This document shows, one piece after another, positions 46,042 through 59,429 of a stretch of DNA of 64,000 nucleotides (the stretch's first letter is position 1; every line of letters begins with the position of its first letter). Made by a program: the position numbers and the translations under genes. The DNA comes from Macrostomum hystrix (lineage: Eukaryota > Animalia > Platyhelminthes). The stretch lies in assembly GCA_950097015.1 (NCBI GenBank), contig CATNEN010000003.1, positions 10,416,001 to 10,480,000 on the forward strand, read 5' to 3'. A model generated the notes under the pieces. The model worked only from the letters and a program-made list of their open reading frames with translations. It was not told where the DNA came from and made no database searches.

Positions 46042-47160
46042 TAAGTAACCCTCTTTTCTAACTCTCTCTCACTTCCCCACTCTCTCTCACTTCCCACTCT
46101 CTCTCACTTCCCCACACTCTCTCTAACTTCCCCACTCTCTCTCACTTCCCCACTCTCTCTCACTTCCCACTCTCTCTAACTTCACCACTCTCTCTAACTT
46201 CCCCACTCTCTCTAACTTCCCCACTCTCTCTAACTTCCCCACTCTCTCTAACTTCCCCAATCTCTCACTTCCCCAATCTCTCTCACTTCCCCACTCTCTC
46301 TCACTTCCCCAATCTCTCTCACTTCCCCACTCTCTCTCACTTCCCCAATCTCTCTCACTTCCCCACTCTCTCTAACTTCCCCACTCACTCACTTCCCCAC
46401 TCTCTCTCACTTCCCCACTTTCTCTCACTTCCCCACTCTCTCACTTCCCCACTCTCTCTCACTTCCCCACTCTCTCTAACTTCCCCACTCTCTCTCACTT
46501 CCCCACTCTCTCTCACTTCCCCACACTCTCTCTAACTTCCCCACTCTCTCTAACTTCCCCACTCTCTCTCACTTCCCCACTCTCTCTCACTTCCCCACTC
46601 TCTCTCACTTCCCCACTCTCTCTCACTTCCCCACTCTCTCTAACTTCCCCACTCTCTCTAACTTCCCCACTCTCTCTCACTTCCCCACTCTCTCTCACTT
46701 CCCCACTCTCTCTAACTTCCCCACTCTCTCTAACTTCCCCACTCTCTCTCACTTCCCCACACTCTCTCTCACTTCCCCACTCTCTCTAACTTCCACACTC
46801 TCTCTAACTTCCCCACTCTCTCTCACTTCCCCACTCTCTCTCACTTCCCCACTCTCTCTCACTTCCCCACTCTCTCTCACTTCCCCACTCTCTCTCACTT
46901 CCACACTCTCTCTCACTTCCCCACTCTCTCTCACTTCCCCACTCTCTCTCACTTCCCCACTCTCTCTAACTTCCCCACACTCTCTCTCACTTCCCCACAC
47001 TCTCTCTCACTTCCCCACTCTCTCTCACTTCCCCACTCTCTCACTTCCCCACTCTCTCTCACTTCCCCACTCTCTCTCACTTCCCCACACTCTCTCTCAC
47101 TTCCCCACACTCTCTCTCACTTCCCCACTCTCTCTCACTTCCCACTCTCTCTCACACTTT
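46042..47160. repeat. 18-bp pyrimidine-rich minisatellite ACTTCCCCACTCTCTCTC
   Basis: Tandem units. Confidence 0.96.
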
Positions 47161-47677
47161 CCCTAGCTTCACAGCTCTCTCTGGTATAAATTGTTCTCTG
47201 CCACGATGGGAAATGCAGTGAGATCAATTTAGAAGAATGACTCTCACATTATAGAGTAGATTTGAAAGGCTAAAAATTGAACAGTCACGCAATAGTGAAG
47301 GTCCATTGTTATTATACGCCAGTGTTATCTATTGTTTTGTTTGTGTTTTAGCTTTCTAAACGCTTGTGTATTGGGCCTACTGTTATCGATTCTGTAAAAG
47401 ATACTGACTAACAAACCAGAGGTGAAACCATAGGCATATAGCAAAATATGCACGGATATAAGGATTATGGATCAAACTGATACCCTGATAGACAGGGAAT
47501 GTTGACAAGAGGCGGAAGGACAGAAGGTGGAGAGATTAAGTGTGTAAACGGTGTCTGACAGCTGAAATTTGTGAAAAGGATAGAAAAATATCAAAAGTAC
47601 TGACAGAGCATGGTGGGCAGGTGAGATAGCACTTTAAAAGTCCTGAGCCGCCTCAGAACCTGTCAGGCGTACAGATA

Positions 47678-49160
47678 GGAGAGACAGGAGAGTGATGAGA
47701 CAGGAGTGATGAGACAGGAGAGTGATGAGACAGGAGAGTGATGAGACAGGAGAGTGATGAGACAGGAGTGATGAGACAGGAGTGATGAGACAGGAGTGAT
47801 GAGACAGGAGAGTGATGAGACAGGAGTGATGAGACAGGAGTGATGAGACAGGAGTGATGAGACAGGAGAGTGATGAGACAGGAGAGTGATGAGACAGGAG
47901 AGTGATGAGACAGGAGTGATGAGACAGGAGAGTGATGAGACAGGAGAGTGATGAGACAGGAGTGATGAGACAGGAGAGTGATGAGACAGTAGAGTGATGA
48001 GACAGGAGAGTGATGAGACAGGAGAGTGATGAGACAGGAGAGTGATGAGAGAGGAGAGTGATGAGACAGGGAAGAGATAAGACAGGAAAGGATGAGACAG
48101 GGAAGAGATGAGACAGGAGAGTGATGAGACAGGAGAGTGATGAGACAGGAGAGTGATGAGACAGGAGAGTGATGAGACAGGAGAGTGATGAGACAGGAGA
48201 GTGATGAGACAGGAGAGTGATGAGACAGGAGAGTGATGAGACAGGAGAGTGATGAGACAGGAGTGATGAGACAGGGAAGAGATAAGACAGGAAAGGATGA
48301 GACAGGGAAGAGATGAGTCAGGAGAGTGATGAGACAGGAGAGTGATGAGACAGGAGAGTGATGAGACAGGAGAGTGATGAGACAGGAGAGTGATGAGACA
48401 GGAGAGTGATGAGACAGGAGAGTGATGAGACAGGAGAGTGATGAGACAGGAGAGTGATGAGACAGGAGTGATGAGACAGGAGAGTGATGAGACAGGAGAG
48501 TGATGAGACAGGAGAGTGATGAGACAGGAGTGATGAGAAAGGAGAGTGATGAGACAGGAGAGTGATGAGACAGGAGAGTGATGAGACAGGAGAGTGATGA
48601 GACAGGAGAGTGATGAGACAGGAGAGTGATGAGACAGGAGAGTGATGAGACAGGAGAGTGATGAGACAGGAGTGATGAGAAAGGAGAGTGATGAGACAGG
48701 AGAGTGATGAGACAGGAGAGTGATGAGACAGGAGAGTGATGAGACAGGAGAGTGATGAGACAGGAGAGTGATGAGACAGGAGTGATGAGACAGGAGAGTG
48801 ATGAGACAGGAGAGTGATGAGACAGGAGAGTGATGAGACAGGAGTGATGAGAAAGGAGAGTGATGAGACAGGAGAGTGGTGAGACAGGAGTGATGAGAAA
48901 GGAGAGTGATGAGACAGGAGAGTGATGAGACAGGAGTGATGAGACAGGAGAGTGATGAGTCAGGAGAATGGTGAGAAAGGGAGAGTAATGAGACAGGAGT
49001 GATGAGTCAGGAGAGTGATGAGACGGGAGAGTAATGAGACAGGAGTGATGAGACAGGAGAGTGATGAGTCAGGAGAATGGTGAGAAAGGGAGAGATGAGA
49101 CACGGGAGAGATAATATGGGGGAGAGAAGTGATTCGGGAGAGAGATGATAGATGAGACAG
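47678..49160. repeat. 16/14-bp purine-rich minisatellite GAGACAGGA(GA)GTGAT (GATGAGACA family)
   Basis: Tandem units. Confidence 0.96.
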
Positions 49161-49844
49161 CAGATAGATGTAAACTCAGTCGATATAAGCACGTAGCACT
49201 GAGCAGTTATGAGTGAGCTCTCAATTTTCTATTCAATGAAATCCTAAATCGTTGCAATTAATTTTGGTATAATTATATACGTTACATTGCGACAGTACAG
49301 TACAGCCATACAGCAAAGCGACAGTCATTAGCTAGCATACAATATAGCAAGTACCATGACCCAAACACGTGAATAGTTAACTCACTCTTGGCTGGCATTG
49401 TGAGACCGCAGAGACCGTGAGTTCGCATAAATCACGAATGCTAAACCTTTGCGCAGTTCTATAATCTCGATATGAGAGCTATTGGAGCTACGAAGGGCGC
49501 AGGCCCGCCTTTACATATTTGTTTAAGCTATATGAAGGTCTGATTAAGGATTGGTTTATATTTTAGTTTTAGTTGGAGCTTAGTTAACCTGAGTATGAGT
49601 ATGAGTATAGAGATTGCTGGACAACAAATATGAGAAATAGGAAGTGGAATTGATTGGCAAGTGATTCCAGGTGAACTAAGCTCAAAGGTATTTAAAGCTT
49701 CACTTCTCATAACGCAATATGGCATGATTGAGTGCTAGATTTTTTCTAAGCCTATCTTAATGAAATCTTAATGATCTGCAACTTGCGCTTAATTGTCTTT
49801 GGGTATCTCAAAGCTTGTATTCATAATTAATTTTCTGCTCATTC

Positions 49845-50440
49845 TCCATCTCCTTCTCCTTTTCACACTCTCTCCTATCTTCTCTATCCTATATTCTCTC
49901 TCCTATCTTCTCTCTCCTATCTTCTCTCTCATACCCTCTCTCCTGTCTTCTCTCTCCTATCTTCTCTCTCCTTTCTTCTCTCTCATACCCTCTCTCCTAT
50001 CTTCTCTCTCATACCCTCTCTCCTGTCTTCTCTCTCCTATCTTCTCTCTCCTTTCTTCTCTCTCATACCCTCTCTCCTATCTTCTCTCTCATACCCTCTC
50101 TCCTGTCTTCTCTCTCCTATCTTCTCTCTCCTTTCTTCTCTCTCATACCCTCTCTCCTATCTTCTCTCTCATACCCTCTCTCCTATCTTCTCTCTCATAC
50201 CCTCTCTCCTGTCTTCTCTCTCCTATCTTCTCTCTCCTTTCTTCTCTCTCATACCCTCTCTCCTGTCTTCTCTCTCCTATCTTCTCTCTCCTTTCTTCTC
50301 TCTCATACCCTCTCTCCTGTCTTCTCTCTCCTATCTTCTCTCTCCTTTCTTCTCTCTCCTTTCTTCTTTCTCCTTTCTTCTCTCTCCTATCTTCTCTCTC
50401 ATACCCTCTCTCCTATCTTCTCTCTCCCACCTTCTCTCTT
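49845..50440. repeat. 12-14-bp CT-rich composite minisatellite (CTTCTCTCTCCTAT / CATACC variants)
   Basis: Near-pure pyrimidine tandem units. Confidence 0.92.
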
Positions 50441-50534
50441 TGGGACACATTTTCAATGCTGAATCGAAAAAAACTCTGAAAACATCCACATAGGAAAAGT
50501 TCAGTTAGCAAAAACTGCGCATGTGGTTGTTTCT

Positions 50535-51182
50535 AGAGAGAGCTGGAGAGTGTGAGAGAGAGCTGGAGAGAGGGTGAGAGAGCTGGAGAGTGTGAGAGAG
50601 AGCTGGAGAGTGTGAGAGAGAGCTGGAGAGTGTGAGAGAGAGCTGGAGAGATGGTGAGAGAGAGCTTGGAGAGTGTGAGAGAGAGCTGGAGAGTGTGAGA
50701 GAGAGCTGGAGTGATGGTGAGAGAGAGCTGGAGAGAGGGTGAGAGAGAGCTTGGAGAGTGTGAGAGAGAGCTGGAGAGTGTGAGAGAGAGCTGGAGTGAT
50801 GGTGAGAGAGAGCTGGAGAGAGGGTGAGAGAGAGCTGGAGAGTGTGAGAGCGAGCTGGAGAGTGTGAGAGAGAGCTGGAGAGTGTGAGAGAGAGCTGGAG
50901 AGATGGTGAGAGAGAGCTTGGAGAGTGTGAGAGAGAGCTGGAGAGTGTGAGAGAGAGCTGGAGTGATGGTGAGAGAGAGCTGGAGAGAGGGTGAGAGAGA
51001 GCTGGAGAGTGTGAGAGAGAGCTTGGAGATGTTGAGAGAGAGCTGGAGAGTGTGAGAGAGAGCTGGAGTGTGAGAGAGAGCTTGGAGATGTTGAGAGAGA
51101 GCTGGAGAGTGTGAGAGAGAGCTGGAGAGTGTGAGAGAGAGCTGGAGAGTGTGAGAGAGAGCTGGAGAGAGAGAGAGCGAGA
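50535..51182. repeat. 20-bp minisatellite AGCTGGAGAGTGTGAGAGAG
   Basis: Tandem units; the reverse complement shares CTCTCACACTCTCC with the 3307 array. Confidence 0.95.
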
Positions 51183-51548
51183 GGGTTTCCCAGCTGCTGC
51201 AAATTTAAGCAGATTTTAGCAATTAACCAATTATACTTTCTGTCGGCGGATGTTTGATCTAATAAATGCATCGTGTTTCAGAAATCTTTCTCAAAATAGT
51301 AAAGCATTTTACAGGATATAACTAATTCCAGATTCAATACAAGAGGCCAATTTAAACAGGTGATCTGTGTTGACGACTTTTACTTTGCGTGGTGTCTAAC
51401 TTTTCTTGCAATTAATTAAAAGGCCACATGCTGAAGCAGATGCGCCATTGCTGCTGCTGCTGCTGCTGCTAGTTGGACGGTTGTCCGAAATTTATTACCT
51501 AAGATTTGTAAAAATGCGCCGTTAGCCGATTGCCTTGCATGTATTTGG

Positions 51549-52547
51549 CATTGTCTGTCTGTCTTTCACATTGTCTGTCTGCCTGTCTCATTGTCTGTAT
51601 GTCTCATTGTCTGTCTGTCTCATTATCTGTCTTTCTCATTGTCTGTCTGTCTCATTATCTGTCTTTCTCATTATCTGTCTTTCTCATTATCTGTCTTTCT
51701 CATTGCCTGTCTTTTTCAATGTGTGTCTTTCTCATTGTCTGTTTTTTCTCATTGTCTGTCTTTCTCATTGTCTGTATGTCTCATTGTCTGTCTGTCTCAT
51801 TGTCTGTCTGTCTCATTTTCTGTATGTCTCATTGTCTGTCTTTCTCATTGCTTGTATGTCTCATTGTCTGTCTTTCTCATTGTCTGTCTGTCTCATTGTC
51901 TGTCTGTCTCATTGTCTGTCTTTCTCATTGTCTGTCTGTCTCATTGTCTGTCTGTCTCATTGTCTATCTGTCTCATTGTCTGTCTGTCTCATTGTCTGTC
52001 TTTCTCATTGTCTGTCTGTCTCATTGTCTGTCTGTCTCATTGTCTATCTGTCTCATTGTCTGTCTGTCTCATTGTCTGTCTTTCTCATTGTCTGTCTTTC
52101 TCATTGTCTGTCTGTCTCATTGTCTGTCTGTCTCATTGTCTGTATGTCTCATTGTCTGTATGTCTCATTGTCTGTATGTCTCATTGACTGTATGTCTCAT
52201 TGTCTGTATGTCTCATTGACTGTATGTCTCATTGTCTGTATGTCTCATTGTCTGTATGTCTCATTGTCTGTATGTCTCATTGTCTGTATGTCTCATTGTC
52301 GGTCTTTCTCATTGACTGTATGTCTCATTGACTGTATGTCTCATTGACTGTATGTCTCATTGTCTGTATGTCTCATTGTCTGTATGTCTCATTGTCTGTC
52401 TTTCTCATTGTCGGTCTTTCTCATTGACTGTATGTCTCATTGACTGTATGTCTCATTGTCTGTATGTCTCATTGTCTGTCTTTCTCATTGTCTGTCTTTC
52501 TCATTGTCTGTATGTCTCATTGTCTGTCTTTCTCATTGTCTGTCTGT
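51549..52547. repeat. 16-bp minisatellite TCTCATTGTCTGT[C/A]T[G/T]
   Basis: Tandem units. Confidence 0.95.
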
Positions 52548-53118
52548 CGTTTTTATGTATAGTATTTGACAACAGCTTGCCCATGAATTATTATCAATTC
52601 GTCATCCTACTTTGCTAACTTGATAGAAATGTTTTCTTCCTTAGAAAGCTTGCTTGTAACATGATAGAGTATATTTAAATTTTATACTACTGCATCGCAC
52701 TACCTTACTGGCAGTAGAGTACTTGGCAAATTATATCAGGATATTTAAAGACAAACATGCCAAGCCAGTCGACCTGAAACTGCTGCGCGGGGCTAATTGT
52801 CCCAAATCTAGATCAACAGGCCCAAAAATGCAGCAAAATCATATATATATATATGATTCATCAAAAGCAAAGGCTGGATTAGTCAGCTGAACAAAAATTA
52901 GGGCCAAATAATAAAGAACCGCTTTTAGACGGAACCTACTTAATTTTACTATGAAGCAGCCATCGACCTTAAAATAATTTTCTATAGTGTCTGGCTTTTC
53001 TGCAATAAAAAGTATATACGATACATTTTCCTTTGTTTAAGTATTTCCTGTCCGAAATTTGTTTTCCGTCTGCTGTTTTCTACTAGGAATCCGAATCTAA
53101 CTTAACTCTGTTCACAAT

Positions 53119-54226
53119 TACAGCTCATGAACTCACTCACTCAATCAGTCATTCGCGTACAGCTCATGAACTCACTCAATCAGTCATTCACGTACAGCTC
53201 ATGAACTCACTCAATCAGTCATTCGCGTACAGCTCATGAACTCACTCAATCAGTCATTCGCGTACAGCTCATGAACTCACTCAATCAGTCATTCACGTAG
53301 AGCTCATGAACTCACTCAATCAGTCATTCGCGTACAGCTCATGAACTCACTCACTCAATCAGTCATTCGCGTACAGCTCATGAACTCACTCAATCAGTCA
53401 TTCACGTAGAGCTCATGAACTCACTCAATCAGTCATTCACGTAGAGCTCATGAACTCACTCAATCAGTCATTCGCGTACAGCTCATGAACTCACTCAATC
53501 AGTCATTCACGTAGAGCTCATGAACTCACTCACTCAATCAGTCATTCGCGTACAGCTCATGAACTCACTCAATCAGTCATTCACGTACAGCTCATGAACT
53601 CACTCACTCAATCAGTCATTCGCGTACAGCTCATGAACTCACTCACTCAATCAGTCATTCGCGTACAGCTCATGAACTCACTCACTCAATCAGTCATTCA
53701 CGTACAGCTCATGAACTCACTCACTCAATCAGTCATTCGCGTACAGCTCATGAACTCACTCACTCAATCAGTCATTCGCGTACAGCTCATGAACTCACTC
53801 AATCAGTCATTCGCGTACAGCTCATGAACTCACTCAATCAGTCATTCGCGTACAGCTCATGAACTCACTTAATCAGTCATTCGCGTACAGCTCATGAACT
53901 CACTCACTCAATCAGTCATTCACGTACAGCTCATGAACTCACTCACTAAATCAGTCATTCGCGTACAGCTCATGAACTCACTAAATCAGTCATTCGCGTA
54001 CAGCTCATGAACTCACTAAATCAGTCATTCACGTACAGCTCATGAACTCACTCACTAAATCAGTCATTCGCGTACCGCTCATGAACTCACTAAATCAGTC
54101 ATTCGCGTACAGCTCATGAACTCACTCACTAAATCAGTCATTCACGTACAGCTCATGAACTCACTAAATCAGTCATTCACGTACAGCTCATGAACTCACT
54201 AAATCAGTCATTCACGTACAGCTCAC
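53119..54226. repeat. 35/39-bp minisatellite TACAGCTCATGAACTCACT(CACT)CAATCAGTCATTC[G/A]CG
   Basis: Tandem units that differ by a 4-bp slip. Confidence 0.96.
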
Positions 54227-55139
54227 ATTAGTATTGTACCAGATCTTACAGGCACGGATCTAGCAGGTAGAACAATAAGAAAATATCTATAGAAATAGGT
54301 AGTTTACTATTTTTCTAGGAAAAGGAAATGATCAGGACTAATTTCCAGAATCGGGTTCAATCTTCTGCTATAGAATTACAAAACTACGAGAAACAGGTAT
54401 AACAAAAAGCCCCCTTATTTTACAACTACCGAAAAGCTCGGACTCTCTTTTACTGACTTTGTGACTCTTAAAATTTTCGAAGGAAGACTTCACGCCTGAA
54501 CGAGTAGTTAATTTTACAAAAAGTTAACAACTTATAATGGTCCATCATATTTTACAATCGTGTAAATAGTTTTATACTCATCGTATGTTGAGCACGTTGG
54601 TCGCCAGTTACAACACATGAAAGTTCGCATTGAACTCGTAAACTTATAGGCAAACTAGCAACAGCAACGTGGGTATGCAAATTAGTCTAGCTGACTGTTG
54701 TAGTTGTAGCAGCCTTCGTGTACACTGTACAGGCTACATTATTAGCCCACACACAAAACTGTACAGGTAATACAGGTAAAACATCGCAGCGAACAGAGAA
54801 CAAAGAAGTAAGCCCCACTTAACAACGCAACGCTTGTTTCGCTGAGTCATTCAACATTTTGGCCAGCCTATACACTCACGTATATGAAACAGGGAAAGAG
54901 AGGCCTATAGGCTATAATCATTCTCTTCCACCTTAGCAAGCAAGCTGTTCTTAGCTCCAGCTAAGAACAGCTCTCTGTCTTCCTCTCTGTCTATCTGTTA
55001 CGCAACCAACCAGGCCAATCCCCCGTTTTAAAATTATTACTCAGCCTCAACCCTCGCTTTAGTTTTAGAAAAAGGCCCACACGCGCAATGTACATCTTTA
55101 ACCTATGTACACTAAGAAAAGCGATGAATTTTAAGAACC

Positions 55140-55610
55140 TGGCTGGCTGATTGATTCATGCCTCGAGTGAATGTCACGTGACGGTCTGTTGTGACCCACA
55201 ACCACCCACCCCCACCCCAGCCAACCATAGAGCGCCGGCATTGAACATTGACCATTGAGTCCCCAACCCAAGGGCAACCCCAACTTAGCTAGCTAGCCAT
55301 TTTAGCCATTTTATAAGGGCCCCATTCCGATCCGTAGACGTTTAGAGGGCCGCAACAACAAGCCGAGAGACTCGGAGCCACAGTTTGGTTTCAAATTCTT
55401 CAAACCGGCCATGACTGGCCTATAACGGCCACTACATATCGTTCAATACAAATATCTGCAAGCTATCAAGATAGATTATAGTCGCATGCAGTGATTGCAT
55501 AATCGCTACCTTTTATTACCTAATACAAGTCGAAAGTGAACTGCGCAAGACAACAAAACAATTCTTGACGAATTGTTTCTAGAAATTTACTAGTCAGGCC
55601 TTATAGATCG
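55140..55610 (+). promoter_or_regulatory. Putative innexin promoter and non-coding first exon
   Basis: E-box palindrome GTCACGTGAC at 55173-55182, TATA-like TTTATAAG at ~55310, donor ATCG|GTAAGT at 55611 that could pair with acceptor CTCCCCCAG at 58979. Confidence 0.45.
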
Positions 55611-55769
55611 GTAAGTCTATGCCTATAGCTTAGGCTCTACATTGCTTCGCTTTGCATTTTAGGAATCTCGAGCCGAGAAATTTGAATTGCAAGTTTAAAA
55701 TTATTACAATCTGGTTCAAGAATTGGGATATTTTGTATAGGCCCTACAGCTTTGAAGGATTGGGACTTT

Positions 55770-58700
55770 TCAGATTGGGGATCTTAGAATCCTTATCTGA
55801 AGGATTGGGGATCTTAGGATCCTGATCTGAATGATTGCGGATAATAGGATCCTGATCTGTAGAATTGGGAATCTTATAATCCTGATTTGAAAGATTAGGG
55901 ATCTTAGAATCCTGATCTGAAGGACTGGGGATCTTAGGATACTGATCTGAAGGATTGGGGATCTTAGAATCCTGATCTGAAGAATTGGGGATCTTAGGAT
56001 CCTGATCTGAAGGATTGGGGATCTTAGGATCCTGATCTGAAGAATTGGGGATCTTAGGATCCTGATCTGAAGAATTGGGGATCTTAGGATCCTGATCTGA
56101 AGGATTGGGGATCTTAGGATCCTGATCTTAAGGATTGGGGATCTTAGGATCCTGATCTTAAGGATTGGGGATCTTAGGATCCTGATCTGAAGGATTGGGG
56201 ATCTTAGGATCCTGATCTGAAGAATTGGGGATCTTAGGATCCTGATCTGAAGGATTGGAGATCTTAGGATCCTGATCTGAAGAATTGGGGATCTTAGGAT
56301 CCTGATCTGAAGAATTGGGGATCTTAGGATCCTGATCTGAAGGATTGGGGATCTTAGGATCCTGATCTGAAGGATTGGGGATCTTAGGATCCTGATCTGA
56401 AGGATTGGAGATCTTAGGATCCTGATCTGAAGGATTGGAGATCTTAGGATCCTGATCTGAAGAATTGGAGATCTTAGGATCCTGATCTGAAGGATTGGGG
56501 ATCTTAGGATTCTGATCTGAAGAATTGGGGATCTTAGGATCCTGATCTGAAGGACTGGGGATCTTAGGATCCTGATCTGAAGGATTGGGGATCTTAGGAT
56601 CCTGATCTGAAGGATTGGGGATCTTAGGATCCTGATCTGAAGGATTGGGGATCTTAGGATCCTGATCTGAAGGATTGGGGATCTTAATATCCTGATCTGA
56701 AGGATTGGGGATCTTAGGATCCTGATCTGAAGGATTGGGGATCTTAGGATCCTGATCTGAAGAATTGGGGATCTTAGGATCCTGATCTGAAGAATTGGGG
56801 ATCTTAGGATCCTGATCTGAAGAATTGGGGATCTTAGGATCCTGATCTTAAGGATTGGGGATCTTAGGATCCTGATCTGAAGAATTGGGGATCTTAGGAT
56901 CCTGATCTGAAGAATTGGGGATCTTAGGATACTGATCTGAAGGATTGGGGATCTTAGGATACTGGTCTGAAGAATTGGAGATCTTAGGATACTGATCTGA
57001 AGGACTGGGGATCTTAGGATCCTGATCTGAAGGATTGGAGATCTTAGGATCCTGATCTGAAGGACTGGGGATCTTAGGATCCTGATCTGAAGAATTGGGG
57101 ATCTTAGGATACTGATCTGAAGGACTGGGGATCTTAGAATCCTGATCTGAAGGATTGGAGATCTTAGGATCCTGATCTGAAGGATTGGGGATCTTAGGAT
57201 ACTGATCTGAAGGATTGGGGATCTTAGGATACTGGTCTGAAGAATTGGAGATCTTAGGATACTGATCTGAAGGACTGGGGATCTTAGGATCCTGATCTGA
57301 AGGATTGGAGATCTTAGGATCCTGATCTGAAGGACTGGGGATCTTAGGATCCTGATCTGAAGAATTGGGGATCTTAGGATCCTGATCTGAAGGATTGGAG
57401 ATCTTAGGATACTGATCTGAAGGACTGGGGATCTTAGGATACTGATCTGAAGGACTTGGGATCTTAGGATCCTGATCTGAAGGACTGGAGATCTTAGGAT
57501 ACTGATCTGAAGAATTGGGGATCTTAGGATCCTGATCTGAAGGATTGGGGATCTTAGGATCCTGATCTGAAGGATTGGGGATCTTAGGATCCTGATCTGA
57601 AGGATTGGGGATCTTAGGATCCTGATCTGAAGGATTGGGGATCTTAGGATACTGATCTGAAGAATTGGGGATCTTAGGATCCTGATCTGAAGGATTGGGG
57701 ATCTTAGGATCCTGATCTGAAGGATTGGGGATCTTAGGATCCTGATCTGAAGGATTGGGGATCTTAGGATCCTGATCTGAAGGATTGGGGATCTTAGGAT
57801 CCTGATCTGAAGGATTGGGGATCTTAGGATCCTGATCTGAAGAATTGGGGATCTTAGGATCCTGATCTGAAGAATTGGGGATCTTAGGATCCTGATCTGA
57901 AGAATTGGGGATCTTAGGATCCTGATCTTAAGGATTGGGGATCTTAGGATCCTGATCTGAAGAATTGGGGATCTTAGGATCCTGATCTGAAGAATTGGGG
58001 ATCTTAGGATACTGATCTGAAGGATTGGGGATCTTAGGATACTGGTCTGAAGAATTGGAGATCTTAGGATACTGATCTGAAGGACTGGGGATCTTAGGAT
58101 CCTGATCTGAAGGATTGGAGATCTTAGGATCCTGATCTGAAGGACTGGGGATCTTAGGATCCTGATCTGAAGAATTGGGGATCTTAGGATACTGATCTGA
58201 AGGACTGGGGATCTTAGAATCCTGATCTGAAGGATTGGAGATCTTAGGATCCTGATCTGAAGGATTGGGGATCTTAGGATACTGATCTGAAGGATTGGGG
58301 ATCTTAGGATACTGGTCTGAAGAATTGGAGATCTTAGGATACTGATCTGAAGGACTGGGGATCTTAGGATCCTGATCTGAAGGATTGGAGATCTTAGGAT
58401 CCTGATCTGAAGGACTGGGGATCTTAGGATCCTGATCTGAAGAATTGGGGATCTTAGGATCCTGATCTGAAGGATTGGAGATCTTAGGATACTGATCTGA
58501 AGGACTGGGGATCTTAGGATACTGATCTGAAGGACTTGGGATCTTAGGATCCTGATCTGAAGGACTGGAGATCTTAGGATACTGATCTGAAGAATTGGGG
58601 ATCTTAGGATCCTGATCTGAAGGATTGGGGATCTTAGGATCCTGATCTGAAGGATTGGGGATCTTAGGATCCTGATCTGAAGGATTGGGGATCTTAGGAT

Positions 58701-58942
58701 CCTGATCTGAAGGATTGGGGATCTTAGGATACTGATCTGAAGAATTGGGGATCTTAGGATCCTGATCTGAAGGATTGGGGATCTTAGGATCCTGATCTGA
58801 AGGATTGGGGATCTTAGGATCCTGATCTGAAGGATTGGGGATCTTAGGATCCTGATCTGAAGGATTGGGGATCTTAGGATCCTGATCTGAAGGATTGGGG
58901 ATCTTAGGATACTGATCTGAAGGATTGGGATCTTAAGATCCA
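55770..58942. repeat. 30-bp minisatellite AGGATTGGGGATCTTAGGATCCTGATCTGA, ~105 copies, with nested 270-bp and 1080-bp higher-order repeats
   Basis: The variant pattern at 56941-57500 is identical to 58021-58580. Confidence 0.97.
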
Positions 58943-58984
58943 GGCCAATCTGATGAGCCTCAACTACCCACTCCCCCAGCAACA

Positions 58985-59297
58985 ATGGTCGGCTCGGAGT
59001 TCATCGATTTCCTCCAAAAGTGGAGCGTGCCGAGCTACGCCAGCGTTGAAGACTTCTCAGACAAATGGAACTTCCTGTTCACTCCGTGCATCCTAATGCT
59101 CTGCACCGCCATTGTGACCGTGAAACAGTACCTGCTGAAGCCCATTGTCTGTTTTATCCCATCTCAAGTCAGTGGCTCAAACTATGACAGCTACATGGAG
59201 AACTTCTGCTGGGTTCACGGCACCTACCCTGTTCCCGTGGACTCAAAATTTCACAATGACGACGCGTTCTGGAAGAAGATGGAGAGCGAGAGGCTGC
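58985..59297 (+). CDS. inx: Innexin (gap-junction/hemichannel protein), coding exon 1
   Basis: MVGSEF..VEDFSDKWNFLFT..VKQY..PIVCFIP..YMENFCWVHGTY includes the EL1 cysteines. Start context CAACAATGG. Donor C|GTAAGT at 59298. Confidence 0.96.
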
Positions 59298-59429
59298 GTA
59301 AGTCAAGACTGGCTGTCTTAAGAAAACAACTGTTGCTTTGCACAATATGGACTATAGAGTATCCAAAACTGTCTTTCTATACCTTAATATCATATAAAAA
59401 TAGAACGAATACATCCAATAGATTACCTA

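Noticed and set aside
41879-53827. Numerous Ser/Leu/Cys-rich or hydrophobic ORFs that look like membrane proteins
   Set aside because: All coincide with purine/pyrimidine-skewed minisatellites.
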